Of a stretch of 64,000 nt of DNA, positions 50,155 to 60,825 are shown piece by piece. The position numbers and the translations under genes were made by a program. The DNA comes from an uncultured bacterium (GTDB taxonomy: Bacteria > JAGOEH01): positions 1 through 64,000 of the forward strand of contig CAZWDO010000019.1 of assembly GCA_964632485.1 (NCBI GenBank), read 5' to 3'. The notes beneath the pieces were generated by a model. It saw only the letters and a list, made by a program, of their open reading frames with translations, was not told the origin of the DNA and ran no database searches. Each line of letters starts with the position of its first letter. Position 1 is the stretch's first letter.

Positions 50155-52955
50155 TGAAATATCAAGGCCAGGAAGTCGAGATACTATCCAAGCGCACCAT
50201 CTTCGGTAAAACCGTAGCCGAAGTACGCATTTTAGCAACTGGCCAAATTGCGGATATACCATTCGCTGATCTTGAAGAATGCTCTAAAACCATTTCTACC
50301 CATGAAATTGCGTTCAAGGCAATTGCCGCCAAGATTCGCAACGAAGTATTCATACAGAACATGCTGGCACCTATCGAGAGCAACATTCTTCCCCTGCCGC
50401 ACCAGATACTTGCCTTGGAAAAAATCATGGCAGGCCAGTTTATCCGGTTTCTCATTGCCGATGAAGTTGGAATGGGTAAAACAATTGAAACCGGGCTTGT
50501 TCTGAAGGAGCTTAAGCTTCGGGGCATTGTAAAACGGGCTCTGGTTATCGTTTCCAAGACTGCGATGCTGCAATGGAAACAGGAAATGAAACAGCATTTT
50601 AATGAAACATTCCATATCTACGATACCGATTACATTAATACTCTCACACGGACATTTTCCCGTTTGGAAGCAGACAACGATATCAACATCTGGGCGCAGC
50701 ACAATCAGCTTATTGTTTCGATGGATGCGCTAAAGCCTATTGAAAACCGTCAAGGATGGAACAAGCAAAAAGTCGAAGAATACAACCGGTACCGTATTCA
50801 AAGCGTACTGGAAGCTGATTTTGATTTGTTGGTCATAGATGAATGTCATAAGGTGGGGGGCAGCACCCAATTAGTCGGTCGCTATCAAATGGCTGACATC
50901 CTTTGCAATGCCATCCCGAATGTCTTGTTGCTTTCCGCAACACCACATCGTGGTAAAAGTGNNNNNNNNNNGAGGGTGCTCCAGTTACTGGATGCAGACG
51001 CATTCTCTGGCGAAGGCATGCCTAAAATTCAGGAGCTTGAACCGTATGTGGTTCGTACCGAAAAACGGCAAGCAATTGATTATAATGGCAAGCAATTGTT
51101 CAACAAGCGCAAAACCCAAAAGATTGAAGTTTCTTACGATGCTGCTAAACACAGCAAGCAGCAAAAACTTTATGAAGCGGTTACCGAATATGTCGTGAAT
51201 GGTTTCAATCTGGCACAGCAGACAAAGAACACCTCATACGGTTTTGTCATGTTGTTGTTTCAGCGGATGATAAGCAGTTCGACCCAGGCAATTTTAGATG
51301 CTATGCAACGCCGGGCTGAAAGGCTTTCAACTGAACGCAAGGATGTTACAAAAGAAAATGTTATTCAGAACATAGAGGAATATGGCTTTGATGGACAATA
51401 TGAACTTGATTTTGAGCAGAAGATCTTTTCGTTTGTTTCAGAGACACAGGCAAATTACGATACAGAATTGAGTATCCTTCAGGGTCTTATAAAGAATGCA
51501 AAAGATTGCTTAAGTACAGAGACAGATGCAAAAGTCGAATTTCTTTTAGACAAACTATCAGCACTCAAAGCGGAAGAAGAAAACCCTGATGTTAAGGTGC
51601 TTCTATTTACTGAATTTACAAGCACACAGTTTATGCTTAAGAAAGTATTGGAAGAACGCGGCGGTTATGTCTGTGAAGCTATAAATGGCTCTATGGATTT
51701 TGATCAACGAATAAATGCTCTTAGAAACTTCAAAGAAAATGCGCAAATACTTATCGCGACCGATGCTGCCGGTGAATCACTGAATATGCAGTTTGCCTAT
51801 ATTGTCATCAACTATGATATGCCATGGAACCCAATGGTTGTTGAGCAGCGCATTGGCCGTGTTGACAGAATTGGCCAGGCGCATATTGTGCAGGCGTTTA
51901 ACATTCTTCTTGATAACTCGATTGACAAAAGAGTTTATGAGGTTATTGAAACCAAGCTTAATCAAATAATGGCTGAGTTAGGTATTGATAAGACTTCTGA
52001 TGTGCTCGATAGCACATTGGAGCGCGACGGAATCAGTAAATTGTACCTGACATCATTATTGAATCCAGCCAGATTTGAGCAGGAAAGCAAAAGTTGGCTT
52101 GAGGATATAAAGCAAAAGCTGAAGGATTATCATAGCACAGAAGGATCCCTTCCTTCTATGGTTTCATCCGATATAAAGGCCGGTAAAGTAGATGCTATTA
52201 AGCACAGCCCAATTCCAAAGTGGCTTGAAAGCCTGACAAAAACTTACTTGCAGACAAAAAACCTGCCCTACCAATCAACATTGTACGGCTTGAAATTCAA
52301 GCTCCCCGGTTTTAAGGAAAGCATTTATACTTTCAACATCAAAGAGAGCGTAAATAATCCTATCCCCGAACCATTGTCTTTGCAGCATGAAATAGTTCAA
52401 AAGATGCTATCGGATGCTATTCCTTTTACTAATTCACAAAGCATCGCAATTGTAAGGCTTAAGAACGGTAAAACAGCCACTGGTTTTTGGTCGATCTGGC
52501 ATTTGGATGTAAAAAGCCAATTCGAAGCGCACCATGTTATTCAGCCCATTTTTATATCCGATGACGGTGATTCCTTTCCTGCTTTCGCACAAGATATATG
52601 GACAAAGCTTGTGCAGGAAGAAGACATTTTTGAGAGCGCAGGAACGTTGCCAATAGCGGAATCTAAGGATTGTCTCGCAGCCATCTCTGCAAAAGTTGAA
52701 GGCATCCTTTTCACTAAATATTCCGAGATTGAAGCCAAAATCAACACAAATACCAGTAGAATTAGACAGAATAAGGAAAAGGCTTTTGTTTTTCGTGAAA
52801 AGCAAATGCAAAAGATAGGCATCGAGAATATTAGGGCATCGCGCCTCAATCGTTTATCCAAAGAGAAAGAACTCTGGGAAACTAACTTTGAAGTCTCCAA
52901 ACAGGCTGTACCAAACTTAATACCACTCGTGATTGTGAAAATTATTAATGGCTAA
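50154..52955 (+). CDS. brxHII: BREX-3 SNF2-type helicase
   Basis: LPHQ, IADEVGMGKT, DECH, LSATPH, DMPWNP..EQRIGRVDRIGQ. Confidence 0.85.
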   Translation: MKYQGQEVEILSKRTIFGKTVAEVRILATGQIADIPFADLEECSKTISTHEIAFKAIAAKIRNEVFIQNMLAPIESNILPLPHQILALEKIMAGQFIRFLIADEVGMGKTIETGLVLKELKLRGIVKRALVIVSKTAMLQWKQEMKQHFNETFHIYDTDYINTLTRTFSRLEADNDINIWAQHNQLIVSMDALKPIENRQGWNKQKVEEYNRYRIQSVLEADFDLLVIDECHKVGGSTQLVGRYQMADILCNAIPNVLLLSATPHRGKSXXXXRVLQLLDADAFSGEGMPKIQELEPYVVRTEKRQAIDYNGKQLFNKRKTQKIEVSYDAAKHSKQQKLYEAVTEYVVNGFNLAQQTKNTSYGFVMLLFQRMISSSTQAILDAMQRRAERLSTERKDVTKENVIQNIEEYGFDGQYELDFEQKIFSFVSETQANYDTELSILQGLIKNAKDCLSTETDAKVEFLLDKLSALKAEEENPDVKVLLFTEFTSTQFMLKKVLEERGGYVCEAINGSMDFDQRINALRNFKENAQILIATDAAGESLNMQFAYIVINYDMPWNPMVVEQRIGRVDRIGQAHIVQAFNILLDNSIDKRVYEVIETKLNQIMAELGIDKTSDVLDSTLERDGISKLYLTSLLNPARFEQESKSWLEDIKQKLKDYHSTEGSLPSMVSSDIKAGKVDAIKHSPIPKWLESLTKTYLQTKNLPYQSTLYGLKFKLPGFKESIYTFNIKESVNNPIPEPLSLQHEIVQKMLSDAIPFTNSQSIAIVRLKNGKTATGFWSIWHLDVKSQFEAHHVIQPIFISDDGDSFPAFAQDIWTKLVQEEDIFESAGTLPIAESKDCLAAISAKVEGILFTKYSEIEAKINTNTSRIRQNKEKAFVFREKQMQKIGIENIRASRLNRLSKEKELWETNFEVSKQAVPNLIPLVIVKIING

Positions 52956-54786
52956 CTGGATTGATAAATACCAAAAACTAATTGCTTCAAGCCATAAACA
53001 GCATATCATTGTTGCTGATATTGACCGTTTATTTGAATATACCGAATTGCAGCAGGCCGTTACTGACGATGGTTACACAATTATTCATGCTGTAACCCCT
53101 CTTGATGTTCGTATCCATTTTGAATTGGAAGTAAGGCATAGCAGCAAGTCGTTTATCATAGTTACTGGCGGTTCGTATTTACCACCACCTGATATTGGCA
53201 TTGCGGTACATTTTCAGTCTATCGGTCTCAAAGATATTTTCCCTTTTCTTGATTCAAAAGCAATACAGGGGCTGAGCTTCAATGCGCTTTGCCTATTGAG
53301 CAATATTAAACACTATGAAGAACTCAGCCATGAGAAAACGCTTAAATTTCTGTTGGAAAATCTATACAATGTCGATTTCGACACACTGACAGGCGTTAAA
53401 CAGAAAGAAAGAATCCTGCATGCTCTCATCACTGTTATTCTAGAGAAAAATGCAATCAATCCGCCATTATCTTCTTTCTTAAAAAGACTTGCCAAACCAT
53501 ATTTCCCTACAGTATTTGCGGCAGATTTCAATAAACAGATCCTTATTCAATATTTGTTTGGACAGTGGTCTGCATATATAAACACCGGTTCTTGCGATAT
53601 TGACTTTGAAGATTCTGTTCTCAAGAAAAGTCTGGGTTTTTTATTTGTTTTTGACTATATCAAGAAAATTAAAGTAACCGCCGAAAGATTTCACGCGCTT
53701 CCAAGGCCTCTGACAGTTGGCGTTTACATAGACGAGAATGAGAGTAATGATGCTGACCTTGCCGCTCTGCTCTCGTATCTGGAACAGCAACAAAACACCG
53801 TCGAAGATTTATACAGCCAATGGTTCGATATCATTAAAATAATGGCCAAGGCTAAAATTAAAGAACTTGCTACGTCAGACCAAGGGTTGAAGGAAAGATC
53901 ACAAAAGGTTTTTACCGCTCTAAATCAGCGATTCCAGCGATTTGTTGACAACGTATATCCCAGCCTTTTTTCTCTCAGTGGCGTCAGGACGCCGGTTGTT
54001 ATAAGCCGTATGCTGGAATATATCAAAGCCCAGCCTGAAAAACGTAAATCATTATTGGTACTTGATGGTATGAATTATTGGCAATGGCAAATTATTGCAA
54101 ACAAATTGAGCGATTCAGGCCTTGCCGTTTTAACAAAAACGAGCATGGCATATATCCCAACAATCACCGCATGGTCGCGGCAGGCCTTGTTTAGGGGTTG
54201 CAAGCCTAACCTTGACGATACCAATGCTAAAGAAGCTCAATATTTTGCTGAATATTGGGGTAAATTTGGATACAACAGTCATCAGGTCGATTTTCTTAGC
54301 TACAGTCATAATAAGCCTCTGGTTGCAGATTCTATATCTGACGATATTTCTATCCTTGGAATCGTCTGCAACGACCTTGATGATATCATGCATGGCGCAG
54401 TTTTAGGCGATCAACAACTGCTGACTGCTACGCAACAATGGCTACAAACAAGCAAGATTCTCGAATATATCTCCGGGCTCCGTGATAAAGGTTTCAAAGT
54501 ATTTATTACAACTGACCATGGCAATGTGGAAGCCATTGGAATAAAGAACCTCAAACAGAAAGAAAAAGTAGGCTCGCTCTCAAGAGGCAGCAGATTTATC
54601 CATTTTAGCAACGAAACCATGCTCAATAATTTCAAAGAACAAAACCCGAATTTGGCAATAGGTACCCGAGATAACTCAGTGTTTTTAAAACATGAAGATG
54701 CGTTTACAGATCAAAATGTTAAAATTGTTACGCATGGCGGTTCACATTTGTGGGAAGTATTAATTCCCTTTGGAGAAATCCAATGA
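52948..54786 (+). CDS. pglZ: PglZ alkaline-phosphatase-family protein
   Basis: LVLDGM, PTITAWSRQALF, ITTDHGN, THGG..EVLIPF. Confidence 0.9.
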   Translation: MANWIDKYQKLIASSHKQHIIVADIDRLFEYTELQQAVTDDGYTIIHAVTPLDVRIHFELEVRHSSKSFIIVTGGSYLPPPDIGIAVHFQSIGLKDIFPFLDSKAIQGLSFNALCLLSNIKHYEELSHEKTLKFLLENLYNVDFDTLTGVKQKERILHALITVILEKNAINPPLSSFLKRLAKPYFPTVFAADFNKQILIQYLFGQWSAYINTGSCDIDFEDSVLKKSLGFLFVFDYIKKIKVTAERFHALPRPLTVGVYIDENESNDADLAALLSYLEQQQNTVEDLYSQWFDIIKIMAKAKIKELATSDQGLKERSQKVFTALNQRFQRFVDNVYPSLFSLSGVRTPVVISRMLEYIKAQPEKRKSLLVLDGMNYWQWQIIANKLSDSGLAVLTKTSMAYIPTITAWSRQALFRGCKPNLDDTNAKEAQYFAEYWGKFGYNSHQVDFLSYSHNKPLVADSISDDISILGIVCNDLDDIMHGAVLGDQQLLTATQQWLQTSKILEYISGLRDKGFKVFITTDHGNVEAIGIKNLKQKEKVGSLSRGSRFIHFSNETMLNNFKEQNPNLAIGTRDNSVFLKHEDAFTDQNVKIVTHGGSHLWEVLIPFGEIQ

Positions 54787-55514
54787 CCCCTACCGGCAAA
54801 TATATCGGCATCAATCAGAGAATACCATTTGATGTTCTTGACGCCGCTTTATACCATTTTTTACGTGATCAAACTATTGACAAGTATTCAATTCTATCTC
54901 ATTTGAAAGAATTCACGAAGGGTGAGAACCGGGCTAACAAAGCAGCGCAATATACCGTTCAAATATTATCGCGACAGAAAAACTGCATTTTCGGGCTTAA
55001 TAAAACTATTGCAGCGCCTGCATACTTGAAACTACCCCTTACAGACCGGAAAGCCATTGTTTTGTCTCTTGCCGCTCTTACATACCCAATAATTTATAAT
55101 CTTCTAATTGCATTGGCCACCGTCTTTAAAGTTCAGTCACAAACCAATCGAAAATTCATCAATTTGAAAATGGCTTCGCTATATGGCAGCAATAGGACGT
55201 TAGAGATTGCCTTAGACGCTTTAATACCTATGATAATTGAATTAAATACAATAAAACGCGTTAAAATCAGCCGTTATACTTTGACTCAAAAATGTATTAT
55301 CACCTATCCCGCAATAGCTGAACTTTTAATTTATACTGACATAAAACTATCGGGTTCAAAATCAATTTTGGTTGATGACCTCCAATACCGGCCCTGGTAT
55401 ATGTTTTTTGAAGTGGCGCTTGGCAAAAAGAATTCTTACACTTTATTCAAATATGATGAAAGCAGAATCAGGCAGGAGTACTTAACAATCAACGGCGCAG
55501 AGAACAAATCATAG
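54783..55514 (+). CDS. brxA: BREX-3 BrxA-like protein
   Basis: Terminal position, ATGA overlap, IGINQRI..YP..YGSNRT. Confidence 0.6.
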   Translation: MTPTGKYIGINQRIPFDVLDAALYHFLRDQTIDKYSILSHLKEFTKGENRANKAAQYTVQILSRQKNCIFGLNKTIAAPAYLKLPLTDRKAIVLSLAALTYPIIYNLLIALATVFKVQSQTNRKFINLKMASLYGSNRTLEIALDALIPMIIELNTIKRVKISRYTLTQKCIITYPAIAELLIYTDIKLSGSKSILVDDLQYRPWYMFFEVALGKKNSYTLFKYDESRIRQEYLTINGAENKS

Positions 55515-55628
55515 AATTGCATACTGTAACGCAAGATTGAAGAAAGCCCCCTCCAAAGAAAAGAGATAAGACAAACAGCAATTAACAAATAAAAGGCAAC
55601 TTATGATAGGTGGTCATGGAGAGCAACC

Positions 55629-55692
55629 TGTATATTTCGGAGCAAAGTCACCACCGAATCGGGTTCAAAGGCGCCAGTGTGATCGATTGAAA
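55629..55692 (+). mobile_element. IS21-family-like terminal repeat remnant
   Basis: TGTATATTTCGGAGCAAAGTCACCA..GGTTCAAAGGCGCCA; no transposase follows. Confidence 0.5.
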
Positions 55693-55826
55693 TGCAAAAC
55701 CTTTCACAACAGAAATAATTGCAGAAAAATGAGGGGATGGGTATAGCCCTGCAGACGGGTATTTATTGGGCTCTGAAATTATTTGATTTCACTAATACTT
55801 TTCACCTCTGTCAATACCGAAGTATA

Positions 55827-56822
55827 TTAGTTTTTCAATCGTTGTAAAATAGAGTTTGGCAGTAAATAGCTAAAAGGAACTTCAACAGTATCTCCCCATG
55901 TCATTGACATTGCGGCCATAGATAACCCAAGGTAATCCTCCATTTCAATGATAATCTTTCCTTCTGAATTAATGTAAAAAGGAATATTTTCGGTTTCAAA
56001 TAACTCTTCAACCTTGAATGCCAGTTTATAGCTGTCGTCTTCCACACCATAGGCTTCTTGCCATTCTTCACGTGTCCAGTTTTTTTCATGTTCAATTAAT
56101 TTTTCTTGTTTAAAATCGATTAAAAATTTTTGGAAATCAGCCCATTTGGATGGATCGATTTCATTGTTTAAGATAATTTCCTGGCAAGTTGTAGAATTGA
56201 ATACATATTGCTTCAATGATTCATATTTATTAAAGGGCCCCCACGCAGTAATGAAACCTAATGTAATGATACATTTTTGAGCGTAAGAAATCGAAAGCTT
56301 CGGGCGCTTGGGACGATTTTTTTGGTTAGAACCTGTATTTCCTTGCATCCCCGATTCTTCGCTTTCTACTACGCTTTGATCCAATAAAGCCCCCAATGTA
56401 GCGCCGTCAGATAAAATTAATTTGTCTGCAGACGGAATTTTGGAGCAAGCTTTGTATATCATTTCAGATTCATTTAAATTGACTTTTAAGGGAGCGCCGC
56501 CTTTGGGCTTCTTCCATACTCCAGTGATTTTTTTCTTTTCTATCGTAAGCTCAAAAATCCCGGTTACAACTCCTTTGTTATTCTTTTCATTTAGAATAAT
56601 CAAATTTCCATTTTTATTTCCATCGATTACCATTGGGGTCCCAACTTTTTTATAAAAATAACTACCAGTTACAATGGGAGACCCTTCATCAATCGATAGT
56701 TCAAACCACACCGGATATTCATCTATCATGCCTTCATAGCAAGATAATACAGTTTGCGCATTATTATTGCCTGCTAAAATACAAATTACCATCAAGTAAA
56801 CCCATAACAAATTTTTTTTCAT
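55827..56822 (-). CDS. Secreted hypothetical protein
   Basis: Signal peptide; YEGMIDEYPV..VTGSYFYKKVG..ITGVW beta domain. Confidence 0.75.
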   Translation of the reverse strand: MKKNLLWVYLMVICILAGNNNAQTVLSCYEGMIDEYPVWFELSIDEGSPIVTGSYFYKKVGTPMVIDGNKNGNLIILNEKNNKGVVTGIFELTIEKKKITGVWKKPKGGAPLKVNLNESEMIYKACSKIPSADKLILSDGATLGALLDQSVVESEESGMQGNTGSNQKNRPKRPKLSISYAQKCIITLGFITAWGPFNKYESLKQYVFNSTTCQEIILNNEIDPSKWADFQKFLIDFKQEKLIEHEKNWTREEWQEAYGVEDDSYKLAFKVEELFETENIPFYINSEGKIIIEMEDYLGLSMAAMSMTWGDTVEVPFSYLLPNSILQRLKN

Positions 56823-57253
56823 CTTATTTACCTCGGTTATAAATTAAAATTGTTCTGCCCAGCAATATTGCCATCAGCTTCAATCGTAAGATTATTCTGC
56901 TTATCTGATCTCAATTTCAATTGAGACTGTTTCTATAGCAATAGAGTTTTAACACATTCATTCATACACGATCAAACTCTTACCTCTTTTTTACGAAGTA
57001 TCTCCACAGGCTACATTCCTTATATTATAATATCAACGATTTAATTTGTCAAGAAAAAAAACAGGATTTTTCTTCTGCCTTTACATTGCCCTCTATCAGA
57101 TTACCCAGTTGCCCATTCGCGGGATAGTTACGTAATCGTCGCCGGGCTACAGCGAGCGTTAATTTCATGTCTCCTGTCCCCGTTATTCGCTGGAGTAGCC
57201 GCATCGATCAGCAGTTGAAGCCTTCCTTTGAAGACGGGGGCTAAAGCCACACT

Positions 57254-57350
57254 CCCCCTCACCCTGCCCTCTCCCCAAAGGGGCGAGGGGGTAAGGAGGG
57301 AGCGTCATGCCGGACACTGATTGCCAGTACGGCTCGTACCCGGCATTCAG
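57254..57350. repeat. Host REP-like palindromes
   Basis: CCCCTCACCCTGCCCTCTCCCCAAAGGGGCGAGGGG and GTCATGCCGG..CCGGCAT. Confidence 0.55.
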
Positions 57351-57442
57351 TTTAGAGGAATTAACCGTTCGTATCGAACAGGGCTTTCAGAGCTTATAGA
57401 GCTTTTCTCTTCAAAAAGACGATTTATTAGATGCGACCCTGA

Positions 57443-58807
57443 TCAGGCGGATTGGCGGAGAAGTAGCCCTCGTCGGATACTGGCGCCGGGGATATCCATT
57501 AGCTCACGGTATTTAGCCACGGTACGCCGAGCGATCTGCAACTGATAATGTTTTGCCAACTCCTCGCTGATCTTTTGGTCGCTCAATGGTTTGGCTTTAT
57601 CCTCGGCAGCGATGATGGATTTAATCAACACGTAGATTTCAGATTGCGACTTGCCTCCCACACCTCCGGAACTAAAAAAGTCGCTCAAGCGGAGAGCTCC
57701 CTGATCGGTTTGCAAATACTTGGCATTAACGGTCCGGCTGATGGTGGATTCATCGCAATTCATACGCCAGGCCAAATCTTTTTGCAACAAAGGTTTTAAA
57801 TGTTGCCACCCTTTATGCAAAAATTCCTGCTGCAGTTTCACCAATTCCTGAGTTAAACACAGCACAAAATTCCGACGTTGCTCAATCGCACGCAACAAAA
57901 TCTTCGCAAAACAGTATTGATTGCGCCACATATCCATCGCGCCGGTCTGCTTAAACGCCCCATTACGAAGCAAGTCCACATATTGCTGATTAAGCGAAAG
58001 CCGGGAAGTAAACATATCATTATACACAACTTCATATTCGCCACTTTCCGATTGGCGCAAAATCAGATCAGGAATGACAAATTCCGGCGTTTGCGAGCTG
58101 TAATCGCGGCCGGGCATGGGATCGAAGAGCCGAATCATAGCGACGGCATCTTCTACTTCCCGCAGATTAACATCCAGACATACCGAGATGGTATGCCAAT
58201 CTGACTTGATCAGGTGCGTATAGCACTCATCCACAATTTGATATTCCATAGAATCAGCGCCGATTCTATCCTCAATCTGAATCAGCAGGGCATGACGGGT
58301 ATCCATAGCGGCGATCCCCAGGGGATTAAAATGGCGAATAATGTCCAACACTTTTTCAACCATCTCCGTTTCAATATCTTCAGGCTTAAAGGTCAATTGG
58401 TTACCAAAAGCCTTATCCACCAGTATCGGCACCAGATCTGAATGATAGGGGAAAAAACCGTTTTCATCTAAATGTTCAATAATTGCGTTACCGATTGAAT
58501 TTTCAATTTCATTCAATTTACAGCAGTTGAGCTGCTCATAGAGCGAATCCCTGAGTGTTCGTTCCGCTACCGGTTCAAAAATAAGAGTTCCTGTTTTGGG
58601 ACCCGAGCGCAGAAACTTACGGGCGTCATCTGGAGTATAATCAGGTTCCGTAATTTCCAGAAACGGATTTTGCTCATACATCATACGAATGAATGGCTCC
58701 ATTTCAAGATTGTTCAGCGGGAAAAACATTGCCCGAAACGTCATACTTTGGTAGTGACCATAACTAGTACCCGGTTTTGTGCCTGTAGTTTGTTTCAATT
58801 CATTCAT
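57443..58807 (-). CDS. rpoN: RNA polymerase sigma-54 family factor
   Basis: NPFLE, LDENGF, PLGIAA, ESTISRTVNAKY, KPLSDQKI, RpoN box ARRTVAKYRE. Confidence 0.9.
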   Translation of the reverse strand: MNELKQTTGTKPGTSYGHYQSMTFRAMFFPLNNLEMEPFIRMMYEQNPFLEITEPDYTPDDARKFLRSGPKTGTLIFEPVAERTLRDSLYEQLNCCKLNEIENSIGNAIIEHLDENGFFPYHSDLVPILVDKAFGNQLTFKPEDIETEMVEKVLDIIRHFNPLGIAAMDTRHALLIQIEDRIGADSMEYQIVDECYTHLIKSDWHTISVCLDVNLREVEDAVAMIRLFDPMPGRDYSSQTPEFVIPDLILRQSESGEYEVVYNDMFTSRLSLNQQYVDLLRNGAFKQTGAMDMWRNQYCFAKILLRAIEQRRNFVLCLTQELVKLQQEFLHKGWQHLKPLLQKDLAWRMNCDESTISRTVNAKYLQTDQGALRLSDFFSSGGVGGKSQSEIYVLIKSIIAAEDKAKPLSDQKISEELAKHYQLQIARRTVAKYRELMDIPGASIRRGLLLRQSA

Positions 58808-58864
58808 ACCATTACCTCCTTAAATAACATTTAAAGTAACTCACACACACACATCATACTGATA

Positions 58865-58880
58865 TGCAAGAAGCGTGCCA
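58865..58880 (-). promoter_or_regulatory. Sigma54 -24/-12 promoter upstream of rpoN
   Basis: Reverse complement TGGCAC-GCTTC-TTGCA. Confidence 0.75.
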
Positions 58881-58950
58881 ACACGCAACTTCACTCTTTA
58901 TAATTTTTTTTATATCCATCTCCCCTTTTGTCATTATACCCTTTCTTTCC

Positions 58951-59012
58951 GTCATTCCCGCGGAGACGGGAATCCATCTTTAAACCCGTGGATGCCGCAT
59001 CAAGCGCGGCAT
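58951..59012 (-). repeat. Host REP pair related to the phage hairpin
   Basis: Reverse complement GATGGATTCCCGTCTCCGCGGGAATGAC shares GATGGATTCC..GGAATGAC flanks with the phage repeat. Confidence 0.7.
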
Positions 59013-59272
59013 ATTGAATGATACCATTTTTTGAAATCAAATCTCCTATAACTTCAAGAGCCTTGTGACATAAATTTGCCTCCCTGAAATAGTAGTTAAT
59101 GATTTCTAAAAATTTAAAATTTAGAATTAAGATTGCAGTATGATTTGATAAAAAATTTATCACAATTGCAAAATCAGCATTATTTTCAAAAATACAATTC
59201 TTTATAATATCACTTTTAGCCATCACCCATTCCCCTTAAGGATAAGCTATGAGAATAGAAATTCCCTTTATC

Positions 59273-59307
59273 ATTCAGCGTTGGACGCAATAGCGCCAAC
59301 GCTGAAT
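59273..59307 (-). terminator. Hairpin after the ExbB-like gene
   Basis: attcagcgttgg..ccaacgctgaat 12-bp stem. Confidence 0.6.
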
Positions 59308-59320
59308 CTCTTTAATTCAA

Positions 59321-60817
59321 TTAAAACCGTTTAGTAATATCGGTCATGATGCGTTCCCACTCGACACTGTGTTCGTCAAGCTGGGCCTTAAAATAGTAAT
59401 AAAGCAGGGTAGAAATGATACCGAGGATCAAACCTACAATAGTCGTATAAAGGGCTTCGTTGATACCACCCGCCAGTTTTGAAACGATTGACCCGGCAGC
59501 TAAGCCCCCTCCCGCACCGGCGATGGCCGAAAAGGAAGCCGCGATGCCATTAACAGTGCCGAAGAGTCCCAGCATTGGAGAAATACTGCTGACGGTCCAA
59601 ATCCAATCCATGCCTTTATTCATCTGGGTGAGTTCACATTGAGCGGTTTTGATAATGGCCCGGTCAATTTCATTCGACGTCCACCAATTATTCTTATTAT
59701 TCAGATGGTTTTCAATCCCCGCCAGAAGAATTTTTGATGCCCGAGATTTTTTATTTTGTTCACAGATTGAGCGCACCATTTGCAGAAACGGCTCACTATA
59801 ATATTTAAAAACAAAACTATTAGCCCGACAGATTATTTCTTTTTTCTGCGCGTCGTCAGTCNNNNNNNNNNTGAAATCCAATACAGCCGCGCTTATCGAT
59901 TTTTTCAAAGCATCAAACTGTACATCCGGACAATATTTTTCCAGATTCAGGTCCGCGATACGATTTTTAATTTCATCCGTATCAAGCAGGCGCTGAATTT
60001 TAAAAAGGATTTCCCCTTCTTCTGAAAGATTACTGGAATAGCAATCAAGAGTGACATCCACTTTTTCATCCGTATTTTCAATATTAATTGGTTCGGTGAC
60101 ATAAAAAATTGAATGTGTCCAGAGTTTATGCACAATATCGTAGAAATTGGGGAATTTATGCGGGATGATTTTAAAACGGGCATTGAACCAGACATATAAC
60201 GCGCTACCTATTAACATGATTGCTAATAGCAAAAAAATCACAAAATAGACCATCCCCAGATTATAGAGAAAAGCCGAAAATCCTTTTCTAACCAGCTTAA
60301 TTGAGCTTTCGATATTTTGCGGTGAAAACTCCTTATCAATCAGCGCCAAATCGATTCCATTCCGCAATTCATAATCCGATTCCTTGATCGAAAACTTCGG
60401 CAGTTCCATTGCCAATACCGGGGTTTTATTATCTGCTTTTAAAGGAGCCGCCGTATCCACTATTATCGTACCGCTGGAATTGATTGTATAATACAGCGCG
60501 CCATTAGCTTTACAGGAAAACTTCCAGGTGGACATGGTTTCGCAGATGTAGCTGAACAGAAAATCAGTTCCCCCACGGGGCGAATTGATATCCACCGTAC
60601 AAACTGCTATATCGGAATCAGAGAAAAGTAAGGCGCAGATAAGCGTCCCCGGCATTTTATCCGGATTCTTTTCCTTATCCGCAACCTGTTTTTGCAGTTC
60701 CGACAGAACCAGCGTTTTCCCCTCTTTTACCACAAATGGCTGTTTAGTTTGAGCCAGGGTCAAATTCATACCTAAAATAAGAACCGAAAATACAAATAAA
60801 CCGAATACTCTTTTCAT
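59321..60817 (-). CDS. MotA/TolQ/ExbB proton-channel family protein with a long N-terminal extension
   Basis: ISPMLGLFGTVNGI..LAGGINEALYTTIVGL; signal peptide. Confidence 0.85.
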   Translation of the reverse strand: MKRVFGLFVFSVLILGMNLTLAQTKQPFVVKEGKTLVLSELQKQVADKEKNPDKMPGTLICALLFSDSDIAVCTVDINSPRGGTDFLFSYICETMSTWKFSCKANGALYYTINSSGTIIVDTAAPLKADNKTPVLAMELPKFSIKESDYELRNGIDLALIDKEFSPQNIESSIKLVRKGFSAFLYNLGMVYFVIFLLLAIMLIGSALYVWFNARFKIIPHKFPNFYDIVHKLWTHSIFYVTEPINIENTDEKVDVTLDCYSSNLSEEGEILFKIQRLLDTDEIKNRIADLNLEKYCPDVQFDALKKSISAAVLDFXXXXTDDAQKKEIICRANSFVFKYYSEPFLQMVRSICEQNKKSRASKILLAGIENHLNNKNNWWTSNEIDRAIIKTAQCELTQMNKGMDWIWTVSSISPMLGLFGTVNGIAASFSAIAGAGGGLAAGSIVSKLAGGINEALYTTIVGLILGIISTLLYYYFKAQLDEHSVEWERIMTDITKRF

Positions 60818-60825
60818 GCTACCCC

